From NCBI GenBank assembly GCA_036676395.1, contig JAKFCY010000003.1:192001-256000 (forward strand): 64,000 nt of DNA. The letters are read 5' to 3'. Within the stretch, counting starts at the first letter, position 1, and every line of letters begins with the position of its first letter. Below are positions 1-9,903 of the stretch, in pieces. The translations under genes were made by a program, and so were the position numbers. A model generated the notes under the pieces. It was given only the letters and a program-made list of their open reading frames with translations. It ran no database searches and was not told where the DNA came from. This DNA comes from Bdellovibrio sp. (GTDB lineage Bacteria > Bdellovibrionota > Bdellovibrionia > Bdellovibrionales > Bdellovibrionaceae).

Positions 1-1483
1 CTTGACGATCTGAAACCATCGCACCATTGATACGAGAATTGATGTCACCACGGTACTCATCGTAACCGTCGAAGTTTGTATTTAATAAACCAGTACCACG
101 AGTATCTGTTAAGAACTCAGAACGGTAACCGATTAAACCACGTGAAGGAATACGGAATTCTAAACGAGTACGGCCTGTACCTTTTTGAACCATGTTCGTC
201 ATAACACCTTTACGCATACCTAACTTCTCAGTTACGGCACCTACGTAAGGATCTTCGATATCGATAACTGCGTGTTCAAACGGCTCTAACTTTTTACCGT
301 TTTCTTCTTTGAATACAACCTGCGGTTTAGAAACTAATAATTCGAAACCTTCACGACGCATTTGTTCAATCAATACGCCAAGTTGTAATTCGCCACGGCC
401 AATAACTTTGAAAGCATCAGTTGCAGATGTTTTTTCTACGCGGATTGAAACGTTATAAAGTAATTCTTTTTCAAGACGTTCTAAAATTTTACGAGACGTT
501 ACTTGTTTACCTTCTTGACCCGCGAACGGACCATTATTAACCGAGAAGATCATACCAACCGTTGGCTCATCTACTTTGATACGTGGAAGTGGACGTGGAT
601 CAACCGCTGAAGTAATCGTATCACCGATCGTGAAATCTTCGATACCCGCGATAATCGCCATGTCGCCCGCGCCAATTTCTTGAACCGGAACCTGAGAATT
701 TACTACGTATTGAAAAAGCGCAGATACTTTCACTTTTTTCTGAGCGTTTTCTTGAATACACATAATGTCGTCGCCAACTTTAACAGTACCTGCACGCATA
801 CGGCCCATTGCTAAACGACCAACGTAGTCATTGTAACCAATGTTAGAAACCATTAATTGCAATGGTTCATTTTCTTTAATTGTTGGAGGAGGTACCATAT
901 TAACGATTGCATCATAAAGTACTTTTAAGTTTCCAGTGTTAACTGCTGGATCAAGTGTCGCCATACCATCACGCGCGATCGCGTAGATTGTCGGAAAATC
1001 ACATTGTTCTTCGTTAGCTTCAACGTCGATAAATAGATCGAATAATTCGTTGTGCACTTCTTGGATACGAGCATCTGAACGATCGATTTTGTTGATAACA
1101 ACGATAATTTTAATGTTTTGTTCTAAAGCTTTTTTCAAAACGAAACGAGTTTGCGGAAGTGGACCTTCTGAAGCATCGCAAAGTAAGATCGCGCCATCAA
1201 CCATGTTAAGTACGCGTTCAACTTCTCCACCGAAGTCACTATGTCCCGGTGTATCGACAATATTAATTTTATAATCGTTGTAAGTGAAAGATGCATTCTT
1301 CGCTGCGATCGTGATTCCGCGTTCTTTTTCAAGATCCATTGAATCCATCAAACGTTCTTGAACGGCTTGGTTTTCACGGAATGTTCCGGCTTGTTTGATT
1401 AAGTGATCAACTAAAGTTGTTTTACCGTGATCGACGTGCGCAATGATTGCGATATTTCTAATTTTCTTTGGATCTTGAATCAT
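1..1483 (-). CDS. typA: Translational GTPase TypA/BipA (runs off the window start)
   Basis: Not in ORF track. Read manually from ATG at 1483: MIQDPKKIRNIAIIAHVDHGKTTLVDHLIKQAGTF...; later IVDTPGHSDFGGEVERVL and GRGELQLGVLIEQMRREGFE, typical of TypA. Confidence 0.95.
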   Translation of the reverse strand, partial: MIQDPKKIRNIAIIAHVDHGKTTLVDHLIKQAGTFRENQAVQERLMDSMDLEKERGITIAAKNASFTYNDYKINIVDTPGHSDFGGEVERVLNMVDGAILLCDASEGPLPQTRFVLKKALEQNIKIIVVINKIDRSDARIQEVHNELFDLFIDVEANEEQCDFPTIYAIARDGMATLDPAVNTGNLKVLYDAIVNMVPPPTIKENEPLQLMVSNIGYNDYVGRLAMGRMRAGTVKVGDDIMCIQENAQKKVKVSALFQYVVNSQVPVQEIGAGDMAIIAGIEDFTIGDTITSAVDPRPLPRIKVDEPTVGMIFSVNNGPFAGQEGKQVTSRKILERLEKELLYNVSIRVEKTSATDAFKVIGRGELQLGVLIEQMRREGFELLVSKPQVVFKEENGKKLEPFEHAVIDIEDPYVGAVTEKLGMRKGVMTNMVQKGTGRTRLEFRIPSRGLIGYRSEFLTDTRGTGLLNTNFDGYDEYRGDINSRINGAMVSDRQ

Positions 1484-1542
1484 TTTCTTCTCTTTCGTTG
1501 TTGTAAAATAAAATTTAAATCGAGCTATTACTTAACTCTTAA

Positions 1543-2589
1543 TTAACCATGCCCACCCATAAGGAAAGCCTCATGAGATGTGTCTTCTTGCTCGAAGTCT
1601 GAAATTGACTGAAAAAAGCCTAATGCGCAAGTCAGAACTTCGTCATTGCTCTTCAACTGGAAAATGTCTTTTCTAAATTGAGCTGCGCCTGGATACCCAG
1701 TAGAGAACCAAGAAGCGAACTTTTTGAGCTGGATATTTATGATATGCTCTGAACAGTGTGCTTGTAAAGTCACATGCAGGTCCTGAAAAATTCCATGATA
1801 ATTTCGTTTAAGGTCTGAACGCATGGGTTCATTCTTCCATAAGCTTAAGGCATCAGCAAAAATGAGTGGATTTTTTAAAGCGCCACGGCCAATAAGTACG
1901 CCGTCGCAACCTGTTTCTTTTAAACGTTGTACCGCCGCTTGCGGAGTTAAAATATCGCCATTACCCAATAAAGGAATTTTTGTTTTCGCTTTTAGATCAG
2001 CAATAAAATCCCAATCCGCTAAACCCGAATAACCTTGGGCCCGCGTGCGCCCATGAATGGCAACCCAAGTGATGCCTTCATCGTAAGCTAAATTACAAAC
2101 ATCTAAAGCATTACGTTGAGACTGCTCCCAACCAGTACGAATTTTAATAGTGACCGGAATTTTTACGGCCTTAACACATGAACTTAAAACCTTTTGCATA
2201 ACGACAAGGTCTTTCATCATGGCGCTGCCTGCACCTTTTTTTACTACTTTTGGTACCGGACAACCAAAGTTAAGATCAACAAAATCAGCTCCTAAAGATT
2301 CAGCAACTTGTGCCCCTTTAGCGATAGTTTCAGCGTCTTCGCCAAACAGCTGAATTCCAATAGGGCGTTGGCTTTCATCGTAACTCATCAGCTGCATAGT
2401 TCTTTCTGATTTATATTCGATGCCGGTTGCTGAAACCAGTTCAGTAACAACGACGCTTGCGTCTAGTTTTTTCATAAAACTGCGGAAGGCATGGTCAGTA
2501 ATTCCCGCCATTGGAGCCAACACAAATGGGTTTTGCTTTAGAGCGTCTAAAGGACTGATTCTATTAGGATTATTGAAAGATGCTGACAT
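1543..2589 (-). CDS. dusB: tRNA-dihydrouridine synthase (DusB-like)
   Basis: LAPMAGITD, DLNFGCPVPKV, VTIKIRTGW, HGRTRAQGYSG, GNGDI and IGRGA motifs. Confidence 0.9.
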   Translation of the reverse strand: MSASFNNPNRISPLDALKQNPFVLAPMAGITDHAFRSFMKKLDASVVVTELVSATGIEYKSERTMQLMSYDESQRPIGIQLFGEDAETIAKGAQVAESLGADFVDLNFGCPVPKVVKKGAGSAMMKDLVVMQKVLSSCVKAVKIPVTIKIRTGWEQSQRNALDVCNLAYDEGITWVAIHGRTRAQGYSGLADWDFIADLKAKTKIPLLGNGDILTPQAAVQRLKETGCDGVLIGRGALKNPLIFADALSLWKNEPMRSDLKRNYHGIFQDLHVTLQAHCSEHIINIQLKKFASWFSTGYPGAAQFRKDIFQLKSNDEVLTCALGFFQSISDFEQEDTSHEAFLMGGHG

Positions 2590-2672
2590 GCGGTTTGTTT
2601 ATGTCAAAGTTCAGATTTTCCGTCAACAAATTGCTAATATTCAGAATCCTTGGTAATATTTCCAATTCGCCG

Positions 2673-5600
2673 ATGGAAAACCTCGGGAACTGGAGTTTCG
2701 TGAATAACGACGTAAACAACGATATAACGGCTATAAAAAAACCTTACTATCACTGGTTAGAGCGAGCTCAATTGGGCCAGCTTGATTTTGCGGTTATCCA
2801 ATTGCCGCAATTTTTAAACGAACAATACTTAACTACAATTGCTGATCAAGTTTCAGCTTTGGGCTTAGATTTATACCCGCTTCCCAAAGTACGCACTTAC
2901 GAATCTTTTGATACTCGCAGCTACAGTATGATTTCAGATTTATTGCGCGGTAAAAACTTTAGTTTTAATCGCAATACGTACCAAGAATTAACCGATGTGG
3001 TTTCTTTTTATTTAAAAAATGAAACTAAATTATCTTTAGAACAAATTGGCAATTATGATTTAGGCACAGCACTTCCACGTGAATTAAATCCTATTTTAAT
3101 TGAAAAACAATTTGCTTTTCAAACCGCTAAAGAACGTTTACGCCTTAGAAATTTTATGAAATTTTTGGGTCGTTTTGAAACGCAGCAAAATGAATATATG
3201 ATCGGTTATGTTCTTTTAGAAATGATCGATAATTTATTTGTCTTACGGCAAAAATTTCCTGAATTTAAAGTTTATTTAGCTTTAGATGTGGCTGGCATTA
3301 AATACGGTTTAGAAATTTCTGAACTGCATGTGCAAAAACCCATGTTTGGCGAATATTTTATTAAACCTATTGAAGAAAAAAATATTCCTTATTTAGGAGG
3401 CGCGGCTTTAACACAAGATCGCACAGCTTCTGGCGAAAAATATGAATTACATCTTCATCCGACGACCGTAAATGTAAAAACGGGTTTGATGTCGGCTGTA
3501 CCCCTTGAAAAAGCTGGGCGCAGTAATGATGTTGCGTTTAGCCATCTTGGGCCGGACTATGAAAAAGTTGGCGCCGATCGCATTTATAAAAATCACTCTA
3601 GCATCGCGGCTATTAAGGGTTTTTTAAACCAGCATAAAATTCATTTTGCATTTTCACAAAATCCGCTGGTTATTAAACCAGAAAAATACGGCATTAATTT
3701 GCAACATTTTATGGAGCCGGGTTTTGAAAGCGTTTTTTATTCAATGTGGACTGAATTTACTTTTCAAGACGATATTTACCGCGTGCATAACTATCAGTTA
3801 ACGACTGAATTATTATTGCAAACGGCTCTTAATGGCATTGCCTGGTTATCTGAATCTGAACGCAAAGATTTAGCTTCACAGCGAAAAGGTTTAAAACGCG
3901 ACAATGATTTACGCGTTTTAAAACATCAGGGTGTCGCTTGTTTAATGATTATTGAAACTTGCCGTCATGTTTTAAATCGCCCGTTAACAACAGGGCAATT
4001 CAATTTAAATGATGAAAAGTTTTTAGAAATTTTAGAAAATAATATTTTTGATCTATTCAAACGTTCAATTCTTGTGGATAAGTTTGGGGAAATGAACCCA
4101 TACGATCGTAATCTGGGCGCATTTTTATCAGATAAAGTTTATGCTTTCTTTAGATTCGCCTTAAATGAAATTTTAAAAATTGTACGAGTGAAATCACGCT
4201 ATATCGTTTTAAAAAATCAAATTCTTGAACTAACAGATTATGATAAATTCACTGCTGAATCGTTATTAGTTGCCCTTGAGCCATTGATGTTAGAATCAAA
4301 AGGCGAAATCTTTACTAAATCGACAACTAAATATTTAGAACTTATCGGCGAGTCTTTAAAAACCAGCGAAGCGTTTGAACCTGTTTACACGGGCTTTAAT
4401 TTACAAAGTGAATTAGCTAACCAGTATATTCGTAAAATAAAAATTTCTGATGAAACCCTGCCGCTAGTGTACAATAAAATGTCTGATCTAGCCGGCCAAG
4501 GCTGGGAAGTTTATATCAATTCTAAATCTTTAGAAAAATTAGGTGAAGATGATTTTAGGTCTGAAATCACTGTTAATAATTCTAAAACGGATTGGTTTGA
4601 ATTAAGCCCGCGCTTATTTTTCAAAGGTGTCGAAGTCAGCCTTGAAGATGTGAACTTTTCTGGCAAAGGCACACAAACCTTAAGCGGCATCATGTTTTAC
4701 AAAGGCCGACCGTTTTTAATTGATCCGAATTCTATTCCAAAATTTGCAGCTCTAGAAAAATTTTGGGAAAGAATTAAAAACGACGAAGTCAATAAAGGTG
4801 CACGTGGCGAAAAAGAATTCGTCAGAGTTCCGAAATCGCAAATTTTAGAACTTTTAGCTTTAGCTGAGTCAGGTACTAACATTGTATCAGATCATCCATA
4901 TTGGAATGAAATTCATACGTTCTATAAAAACCTAGGCAAAGCCGAAACTAAATTAAATCTATCAGAACATTTACAGGGTATTCTTAAAGAACATCAGCTT
5001 GTTGGAACACAATGGATTCACGACCTTTATAAATTAAATTTAGGCGGAATTTTAGCCGATGACATGGGTCTTGGTAAAACATTACAGGTGCTGGCATTCT
5101 TAGATGAACATCGCAAAACTAATAAGACATGGTCTTTAGTTGTTGTGCCGACATCATTGTGTTTTAACTGGGAATCAGAAACGAAAAAATTTACGCCTGA
5201 CTTACAAGTCGAAATTTTTAGCGGCTCTAAAAAACAAGACTTATTAAAACAAGCCAATAACGAACACAAAGTGATTATTGCCACGTATGGTTTATTAACT
5301 GAACATGAAGACTTTTTCTCGCAAGTTTTATGGGATGTCGTTATTTTTGATGAGGCACAAAATTTAAAAAATCTTTCATCTAAAAGAACTTCATCATCTC
5401 GCTTATTAAAGGCTAAATTTAAACTAGCCTTATCAGGTACTCCACTTGAGAATAACTTTTTAGATTTCTTTTCATTATCGGATCTGGTTTTACCTGGCTC
5501 TATGGGAAGCTATAAATCTTTTCAAGAAAGTTTTGGCCCCGGAAAGACCATTGATGCGCAGGATGTGCAATTTCTAAAATTAAAAATGCGACCAATAGTA

Positions 5601-6386
5601 TTGCGTCGTACAAAAGATTCAGTGAATTTAAATCTTCCGAAAAAATTAGAAGAATCTATTCGTTTTGATTTCAGCGAAAGACAAATTGAAATTTATAAAA
5701 AATTGGCGATTTCGCACAACGATCAGGTTAGCCAGCTGATTCAGGAAAAAGGGCAAACTTCGTCACAACTGGCGATGTTAACGGCATTACTGCGTTTGCG
5801 TCAGGCCTGCTCTGATCCAAGTGGTATTCCGCAGGTGAAATTTACCGAAAGCCCGCCCAAGATTGCGCACATTTTAGAATGTGTAAAAGAACATCTTGAA
5901 GAAGGTAAAAGCGTCTTAATTTTTACCCAGTTCTTGGCGACCTTAGATAAAATTTCTGGATTGTTTACGGCTGATAAAATTCCTTTTTATACGCTACATG
6001 GAAGTGTCGCTAATAAAGCTCGTCGTGAAATTCTAGAATCATTTCAAAATTCAGAAACACCACAGGTTTTACTCATGACTTTAAAAACTGGCGGTGTGGG
6101 TTTAAATTTAACGAAAGCTTCAGTAGTTTATCATATTGAACCTTGGTGGAATCCTGCAGTTGAAAATCAAGCCACAGATCGTTCACATCGCTTAGGTCAA
6201 AAAAATGATGTCCAGGTTTATAGGCTTTTAATGAAAGATTCTGTTGAAGAAAAAATTGAACTGTTGAAATTGAAGAAAAAATCTTACTTTGACGCTTTGT
6301 TTTCAGACTCAGAATCATTAGATAAAGTCTTAAACGGCAGCGGCCAATTAAGTGCAGAAGACTTTAAATTCTTATTGGGGATGTAG
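2673..6386 (+). CDS. SNF2/SWI2-family helicase-like ATPase with long unassigned N-terminal region
   Basis: GGILADDMGLGKTLQ, VIFDEAQNLKN, LSGTPLEN, GGVGLNLT, PWWNPAVENQATDRSHRLGQ. Start moved to ATG 2673 because 2580 overlaps the divergent dusB start. Confidence 0.9.
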   Translation: MENLGNWSFVNNDVNNDITAIKKPYYHWLERAQLGQLDFAVIQLPQFLNEQYLTTIADQVSALGLDLYPLPKVRTYESFDTRSYSMISDLLRGKNFSFNRNTYQELTDVVSFYLKNETKLSLEQIGNYDLGTALPRELNPILIEKQFAFQTAKERLRLRNFMKFLGRFETQQNEYMIGYVLLEMIDNLFVLRQKFPEFKVYLALDVAGIKYGLEISELHVQKPMFGEYFIKPIEEKNIPYLGGAALTQDRTASGEKYELHLHPTTVNVKTGLMSAVPLEKAGRSNDVAFSHLGPDYEKVGADRIYKNHSSIAAIKGFLNQHKIHFAFSQNPLVIKPEKYGINLQHFMEPGFESVFYSMWTEFTFQDDIYRVHNYQLTTELLLQTALNGIAWLSESERKDLASQRKGLKRDNDLRVLKHQGVACLMIIETCRHVLNRPLTTGQFNLNDEKFLEILENNIFDLFKRSILVDKFGEMNPYDRNLGAFLSDKVYAFFRFALNEILKIVRVKSRYIVLKNQILELTDYDKFTAESLLVALEPLMLESKGEIFTKSTTKYLELIGESLKTSEAFEPVYTGFNLQSELANQYIRKIKISDETLPLVYNKMSDLAGQGWEVYINSKSLEKLGEDDFRSEITVNNSKTDWFELSPRLFFKGVEVSLEDVNFSGKGTQTLSGIMFYKGRPFLIDPNSIPKFAALEKFWERIKNDEVNKGARGEKEFVRVPKSQILELLALAESGTNIVSDHPYWNEIHTFYKNLGKAETKLNLSEHLQGILKEHQLVGTQWIHDLYKLNLGGILADDMGLGKTLQVLAFLDEHRKTNKTWSLVVVPTSLCFNWESETKKFTPDLQVEIFSGSKKQDLLKQANNEHKVIIATYGLLTEHEDFFSQVLWDVVIFDEAQNLKNLSSKRTSSSRLLKAKFKLALSGTPLENNFLDFFSLSDLVLPGSMGSYKSFQESFGPGKTIDAQDVQFLKLKMRPIVLRRTKDSVNLNLPKKLEESIRFDFSERQIEIYKKLAISHNDQVSQLIQEKGQTSSQLAMLTALLRLRQACSDPSGIPQVKFTESPPKIAHILECVKEHLEEGKSVLIFTQFLATLDKISGLFTADKIPFYTLHGSVANKARREILESFQNSETPQVLLMTLKTGGVGLNLTKASVVYHIEPWWNPAVENQATDRSHRLGQKNDVQVYRLLMKDSVEEKIELLKLKKKSYFDALFSDSESLDKVLNGSGQLSAEDFKFLLGM

Positions 6387-6481
6387 CGCTAGCCGATAGT
6401 CTGGTGACCCTAGGATTTCGTTGGATATAAATAAAATTTCATCGATTATAGATGAAACAATTTTATTCAACGGGGGTTTCT

Positions 6482-6943
6482 ATGTTGAAAGCATTTCTTA
6501 CTGTATTTTTCTTGGGTTCGGTTTCTATGGCTGCTGGCGACGCAGGTTGCGGTCTTGGTAGCATGATCATCACTAAAAATTCTAAACTTATGCAATTATT
6601 CGCAGCTACTACGAATGGTTCTTTTGGTTCGCAAACTTTTGGTATTACTTTTGGTACTTCTAACTGTTCTGCTAGTGGTATCGTACAAAATGACAAACAA
6701 ATTCAGTATTTCGTAGAAGTTAACCAAGCTGAATTAACTCGTGAGATGGCTCAAGGTCATGGCGAAAAATTATCAACTTTAGCTGCCTTAAACGGTTGCG
6801 CTTCTGATTCACAAATCAATTCTTTCAGCGCAAAAGCACAATCTAGCTTCAGCTCTATCGTGCCTTCTGCTAAAACGTCTGCAGTTGACTTTGTTAACAA
6901 CATGAAGTCTGCTTCTGTAGCAGATGCATGCCACGGTTCTTAA
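6482..6943 (+). CDS. Secreted DUF3015-family protein
   Basis: Signal peptide, then GCGLGSMI...ATTNGSFGSQTFGITFGTSNC and EMAQGHGEKLSTLA, matching the DUF3015 pattern. Confidence 0.8.
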   Translation: MLKAFLTVFFLGSVSMAAGDAGCGLGSMIITKNSKLMQLFAATTNGSFGSQTFGITFGTSNCSASGIVQNDKQIQYFVEVNQAELTREMAQGHGEKLSTLAALNGCASDSQINSFSAKAQSSFSSIVPSAKTSAVDFVNNMKSASVADACHGS

Positions 6944-8804
6944 TTTAGTTATATTTTTATTTCTAATAGTGAAAGCCCCACTTGTTTGGGGCTTTTCTAT
7001 TTCTGATAAGGCTTTACGCCTGCAAAGTTATCTAAATACGGCCCGCCAAGAAAAATTATGGAATGATCCTCAGTGGTTAGCTTTAGGCCATTACGAAAAA
7101 AAATACTTTTCTTATAGCTCGCCCTTTACTCAAGGCTTTTTTCTTGATGCCGATGGCGCAAATTCACCAGAAAAAGAATTACTTAAAACTATTGAGCTAC
7201 TTTATGGCGACAATGATCAACGCCTGCAATGCCGTTATTTAGCGCGGGCCCAATGGTTAAATGCGATCTTAAAAACTGATGCCCAAGATAGATTACCCTG
7301 CGAAGAGCGCCAACTCTGGAAAAAACAACTTAACGTCAAAGGTGTTTCTTTAATTTTTGCCGCCAGTGACATGGGTAATGCTTCATCAAGTTTTGGCCAT
7401 ACTTTTTTAAAAATCGTAAACCCCGAAAATGCACAGAATAAAGATTTAATTGATTACGGCATTAACTATGCCGCCAACGCCGATGCCAGCGAAGGTGTAT
7501 TTTATGCGCTTAAAGGTTTATTTGGCATGTACGATGGCCAATTTACTATGCTTCCGTATCATCAAAAAATTCGCGAATACATTAATTTAGAAGGCCGAGA
7601 TATCTGGGAATATTATTTTAACTTCACGCCTGAAGAAACTGATTTTTTAGTGAATCACCTGATCGAAATGGAAACTGCGCGCGCTCCGTATTATTTTTTT
7701 AGTGATAACTGCTCATATCAAATTTTAAAAACATTAGAAGTAGTACGCCCTGATTTAAAACTTTCACAAGAGTTTCGCTATTTTACTATCCCAATCGATA
7801 CGGTCAAAAAATTAACTGGTTTACCTACTCCGGTTTTTGTTGCACGTAAGTATAAAAAATCACTTAAAACGGATTACCTTGAATCATTTGCAAAACTTGG
7901 CATATTACAAAAAAAAGCACTTGATATCGCTGTCATTGATTTAAATATACCCGATGATTATGAACTTTTAAAATTAGAAAAGGCGCAAGTCTATGAAACC
8001 GCGATGAAATATTATTCGTTGCGCGCATTTACGTCGGACAAAGATTACGACAATGAAAAATACCAATTGTTTTTAAAAAGAGCTTCAATGGGTATTGTAG
8101 CTGGCGCTGATTATGTTTCTAACCCAGAGCCTCCTGAAGATAGCCATGATTCATCAGCTCTGTATTTTGGTATGGGGCAAAGTGATTTTGAAAATGAAAT
8201 GTTAACCTATACCAGTTTAAAATTCAGACATGCCTTACATGATTTAGAACAGCAAGATTTCGGAACAGTGACCTTTAGTCAGAATGAAATGGCCTCTATC
8301 GAAGCTCGTTACCTAAATACTAACGAAGAAGCTAAGAATTTTCATATTTATAAGTTTACAGCTTTAAATTTAGTGAACTTAAACCCCGTTACTCAGCTAG
8401 ATAAAAATTTTTCGTGGAAATTCCGTGCGGAACTTGTGAATAACATGGAAACATTCACGGATGATGTCTTTACCAGTGATATTGAAGCCTCGGGCGGATA
8501 TAGCTATGATTTAGCGTTGTTTGAACGCACGCGTATAGCTTATTTAATGACCGCGCGACACTGGGATAATTCAATTAATAGCATCGGACCAGAAATTCTA
8601 TTGGTTAGCCGTCTATTGCCCAACTTAGGATTTTCTTTAGATTTAACTTATTTTGGGCAAAATAAAAGATCTGATTTTTTGCGCTATAAAAGTAAAGTGA
8701 ATTACACATTTAGAAAAAACTTTGATATCCAGTTCGCAACTGAAAATGGCATCAACAAAGAAATCCATCAGCAATTGCAATTGGTGTGGAATTTTATTTT
8801 ATAA
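6924..8804 (+). CDS. DUF4105 (Lnb N-terminal-like) protein with probable C-terminal beta-barrel
   Basis: W-x-x-LGHY, SSFGHTFLKI, EGRDIWEY and YYFFSDNCSYQIL motifs (His/Cys pair). Beta-strand-rich C-terminus. DUF3015-DUF4105 adjacency is common. Confidence 0.8.
   Translation: MHATVLNLVIFLFLIVKAPLVWGFSISDKALRLQSYLNTARQEKLWNDPQWLALGHYEKKYFSYSSPFTQGFFLDADGANSPEKELLKTIELLYGDNDQRLQCRYLARAQWLNAILKTDAQDRLPCEERQLWKKQLNVKGVSLIFAASDMGNASSSFGHTFLKIVNPENAQNKDLIDYGINYAANADASEGVFYALKGLFGMYDGQFTMLPYHQKIREYINLEGRDIWEYYFNFTPEETDFLVNHLIEMETARAPYYFFSDNCSYQILKTLEVVRPDLKLSQEFRYFTIPIDTVKKLTGLPTPVFVARKYKKSLKTDYLESFAKLGILQKKALDIAVIDLNIPDDYELLKLEKAQVYETAMKYYSLRAFTSDKDYDNEKYQLFLKRASMGIVAGADYVSNPEPPEDSHDSSALYFGMGQSDFENEMLTYTSLKFRHALHDLEQQDFGTVTFSQNEMASIEARYLNTNEEAKNFHIYKFTALNLVNLNPVTQLDKNFSWKFRAELVNNMETFTDDVFTSDIEASGGYSYDLALFERTRIAYLMTARHWDNSINSIGPEILLVSRLLPNLGFSLDLTYFGQNKRSDFLRYKSKVNYTFRKNFDIQFATENGINKEIHQQLQLVWNFIL
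6972..6997 (+). terminator. Terminator-like hairpin after DUF3015 gene, inside the 5' end of the DUF4105 ORF
   Basis: aaagcccca-cttgtt-tggggcttttc. Confidence 0.5.
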
Positions 8805-8833
8805 TTATTCTAACTATGTAAGACGGTTTTCAG
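8805..8833. repeat. Direct repeat copy 1: displaced duplicate of the nitroreductase 3' end
   Basis: ttattctaactatgtaagacggttttcag, 28/29 identical to 9875-9903. Confidence 0.9.
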
Positions 8834-8919
8834 CAATTTGAGACCTTTGTCTGCATAAATAAAATTTTCTTGAGTTACTTTGTTCCATCATAGAATATTA
8901 CTTTTACATTGGGGAACTT

Positions 8920-9858
8920 TTGAAACTAACTGCATTTACAAACTTCGTATTGGTTACAATTTTCACGCTATCAGCAAACGCTGGATTGATGAAGGTAGGC
9001 AGCATTTCTGCAATACTAGGTGGCCAAGAAACCGCAGAAATTCAAATTGATCAAGGAGTTGATGTTCAACCTTCGACAACTCTGTTTATTGGAGATAAGC
9101 AAACTAACTGCGAAGTTAAAGTAAAAAAGCAAACTACTAAGATTTTTTTAGTAGATCTTTCTTCATGTAATAACAGTACAGTCTATTCAGTAAATTCAGA
9201 TGCATTCGTTTATTCTGAAGACTACTCAGATCAAGAGCCAACGTCTCCGACGCAAGTGGCACCTGTGCAGCCCACAGAACTTGTAAAGCTGGAGAAAGTT
9301 CAGTTTACAAACTTTGGTGGTGGACTACGCACAAACCAATCTCTTATCTTCGATGATTTAAGAATTTCAGATGGAACAACTTCAGAAGTGAGTGACCTTA
9401 AATATGAATCGGACACTCCATCATTCTTTCTAGATTTCAATCACATAAATGCTAAACAAAACTCGTGGGGTTGGATGGTTGGTCTTTCGTATTGGACAGT
9501 AGAGTGGGATGAAGCTAGTGGTTTTGGCGAAACTCTAAATCTGAATAACACCGAATCTTCTATATTAAATTTTTACGGAAGCGGAGTTTACAGATTTAAT
9601 TCTGGATTTGTTCAATTTGGTTTGAATGCATCTAGTATTAGTTCAAAAAACTCTCCTTTCTTGGAAGCAAGCAAAGGTTCTTTAGGCGCGCAATTAGGCG
9701 GTGGTTTTTTTGTAAGCGAAAATGTAATGTTGGCTATTGAATCTCGAGCCATTTCATACGGCACAATTACATATACTCAAGGATCTACATCTCTAGTCGC
9801 AGACAACGCCGGATTTTATTCTGGATTGAATCTAGCACTTTACTTTACTTTACTTTAA
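8920..9858 (+). CDS. Secreted protein with C-terminal outer-membrane beta-barrel (OmpA/OmpW-like strands)
   Basis: Signal peptide (..SANA), Pro/Thr linker, alternating hydrophobic strands (GAQLGGGFFV, GLNLALYFTLL). TTG start after GGGGA. Confidence 0.6.
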   Translation: MKLTAFTNFVLVTIFTLSANAGLMKVGSISAILGGQETAEIQIDQGVDVQPSTTLFIGDKQTNCEVKVKKQTTKIFLVDLSSCNNSTVYSVNSDAFVYSEDYSDQEPTSPTQVAPVQPTELVKLEKVQFTNFGGGLRTNQSLIFDDLRISDGTTSEVSDLKYESDTPSFFLDFNHINAKQNSWGWMVGLSYWTVEWDEASGFGETLNLNNTESSILNFYGSGVYRFNSGFVQFGLNASSISSKNSPFLEASKGSLGAQLGGGFFVSENVMLAIESRAISYGTITYTQGSTSLVADNAGFYSGLNLALYFTLL

Positions 9859-9874
9859 ATTAGCGATTTATAAT

Positions 9875-9903
9875 TTATTCTAACCATGTAAGACGGTTTT
9901 CAG
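9875..9903. repeat. Direct repeat copy 2: functional nitroreductase 3' end
   Basis: ttattctaaccatgtaagacggttttcag. Confidence 0.9.

Noticed and set aside
2580..6386. SNF2 helicase as part of an anti-phage system (DISARM, Zorya or similar)
   Set aside because: No methylase, nuclease or other defence genes nearby; neighbours are housekeeping or envelope genes.
6391..6398. GCCGATAG as a sigma28 -10 element upstream of DUF3015
   Set aside because: No TAAAG/TCAAG-like -35 at the expected spacing.
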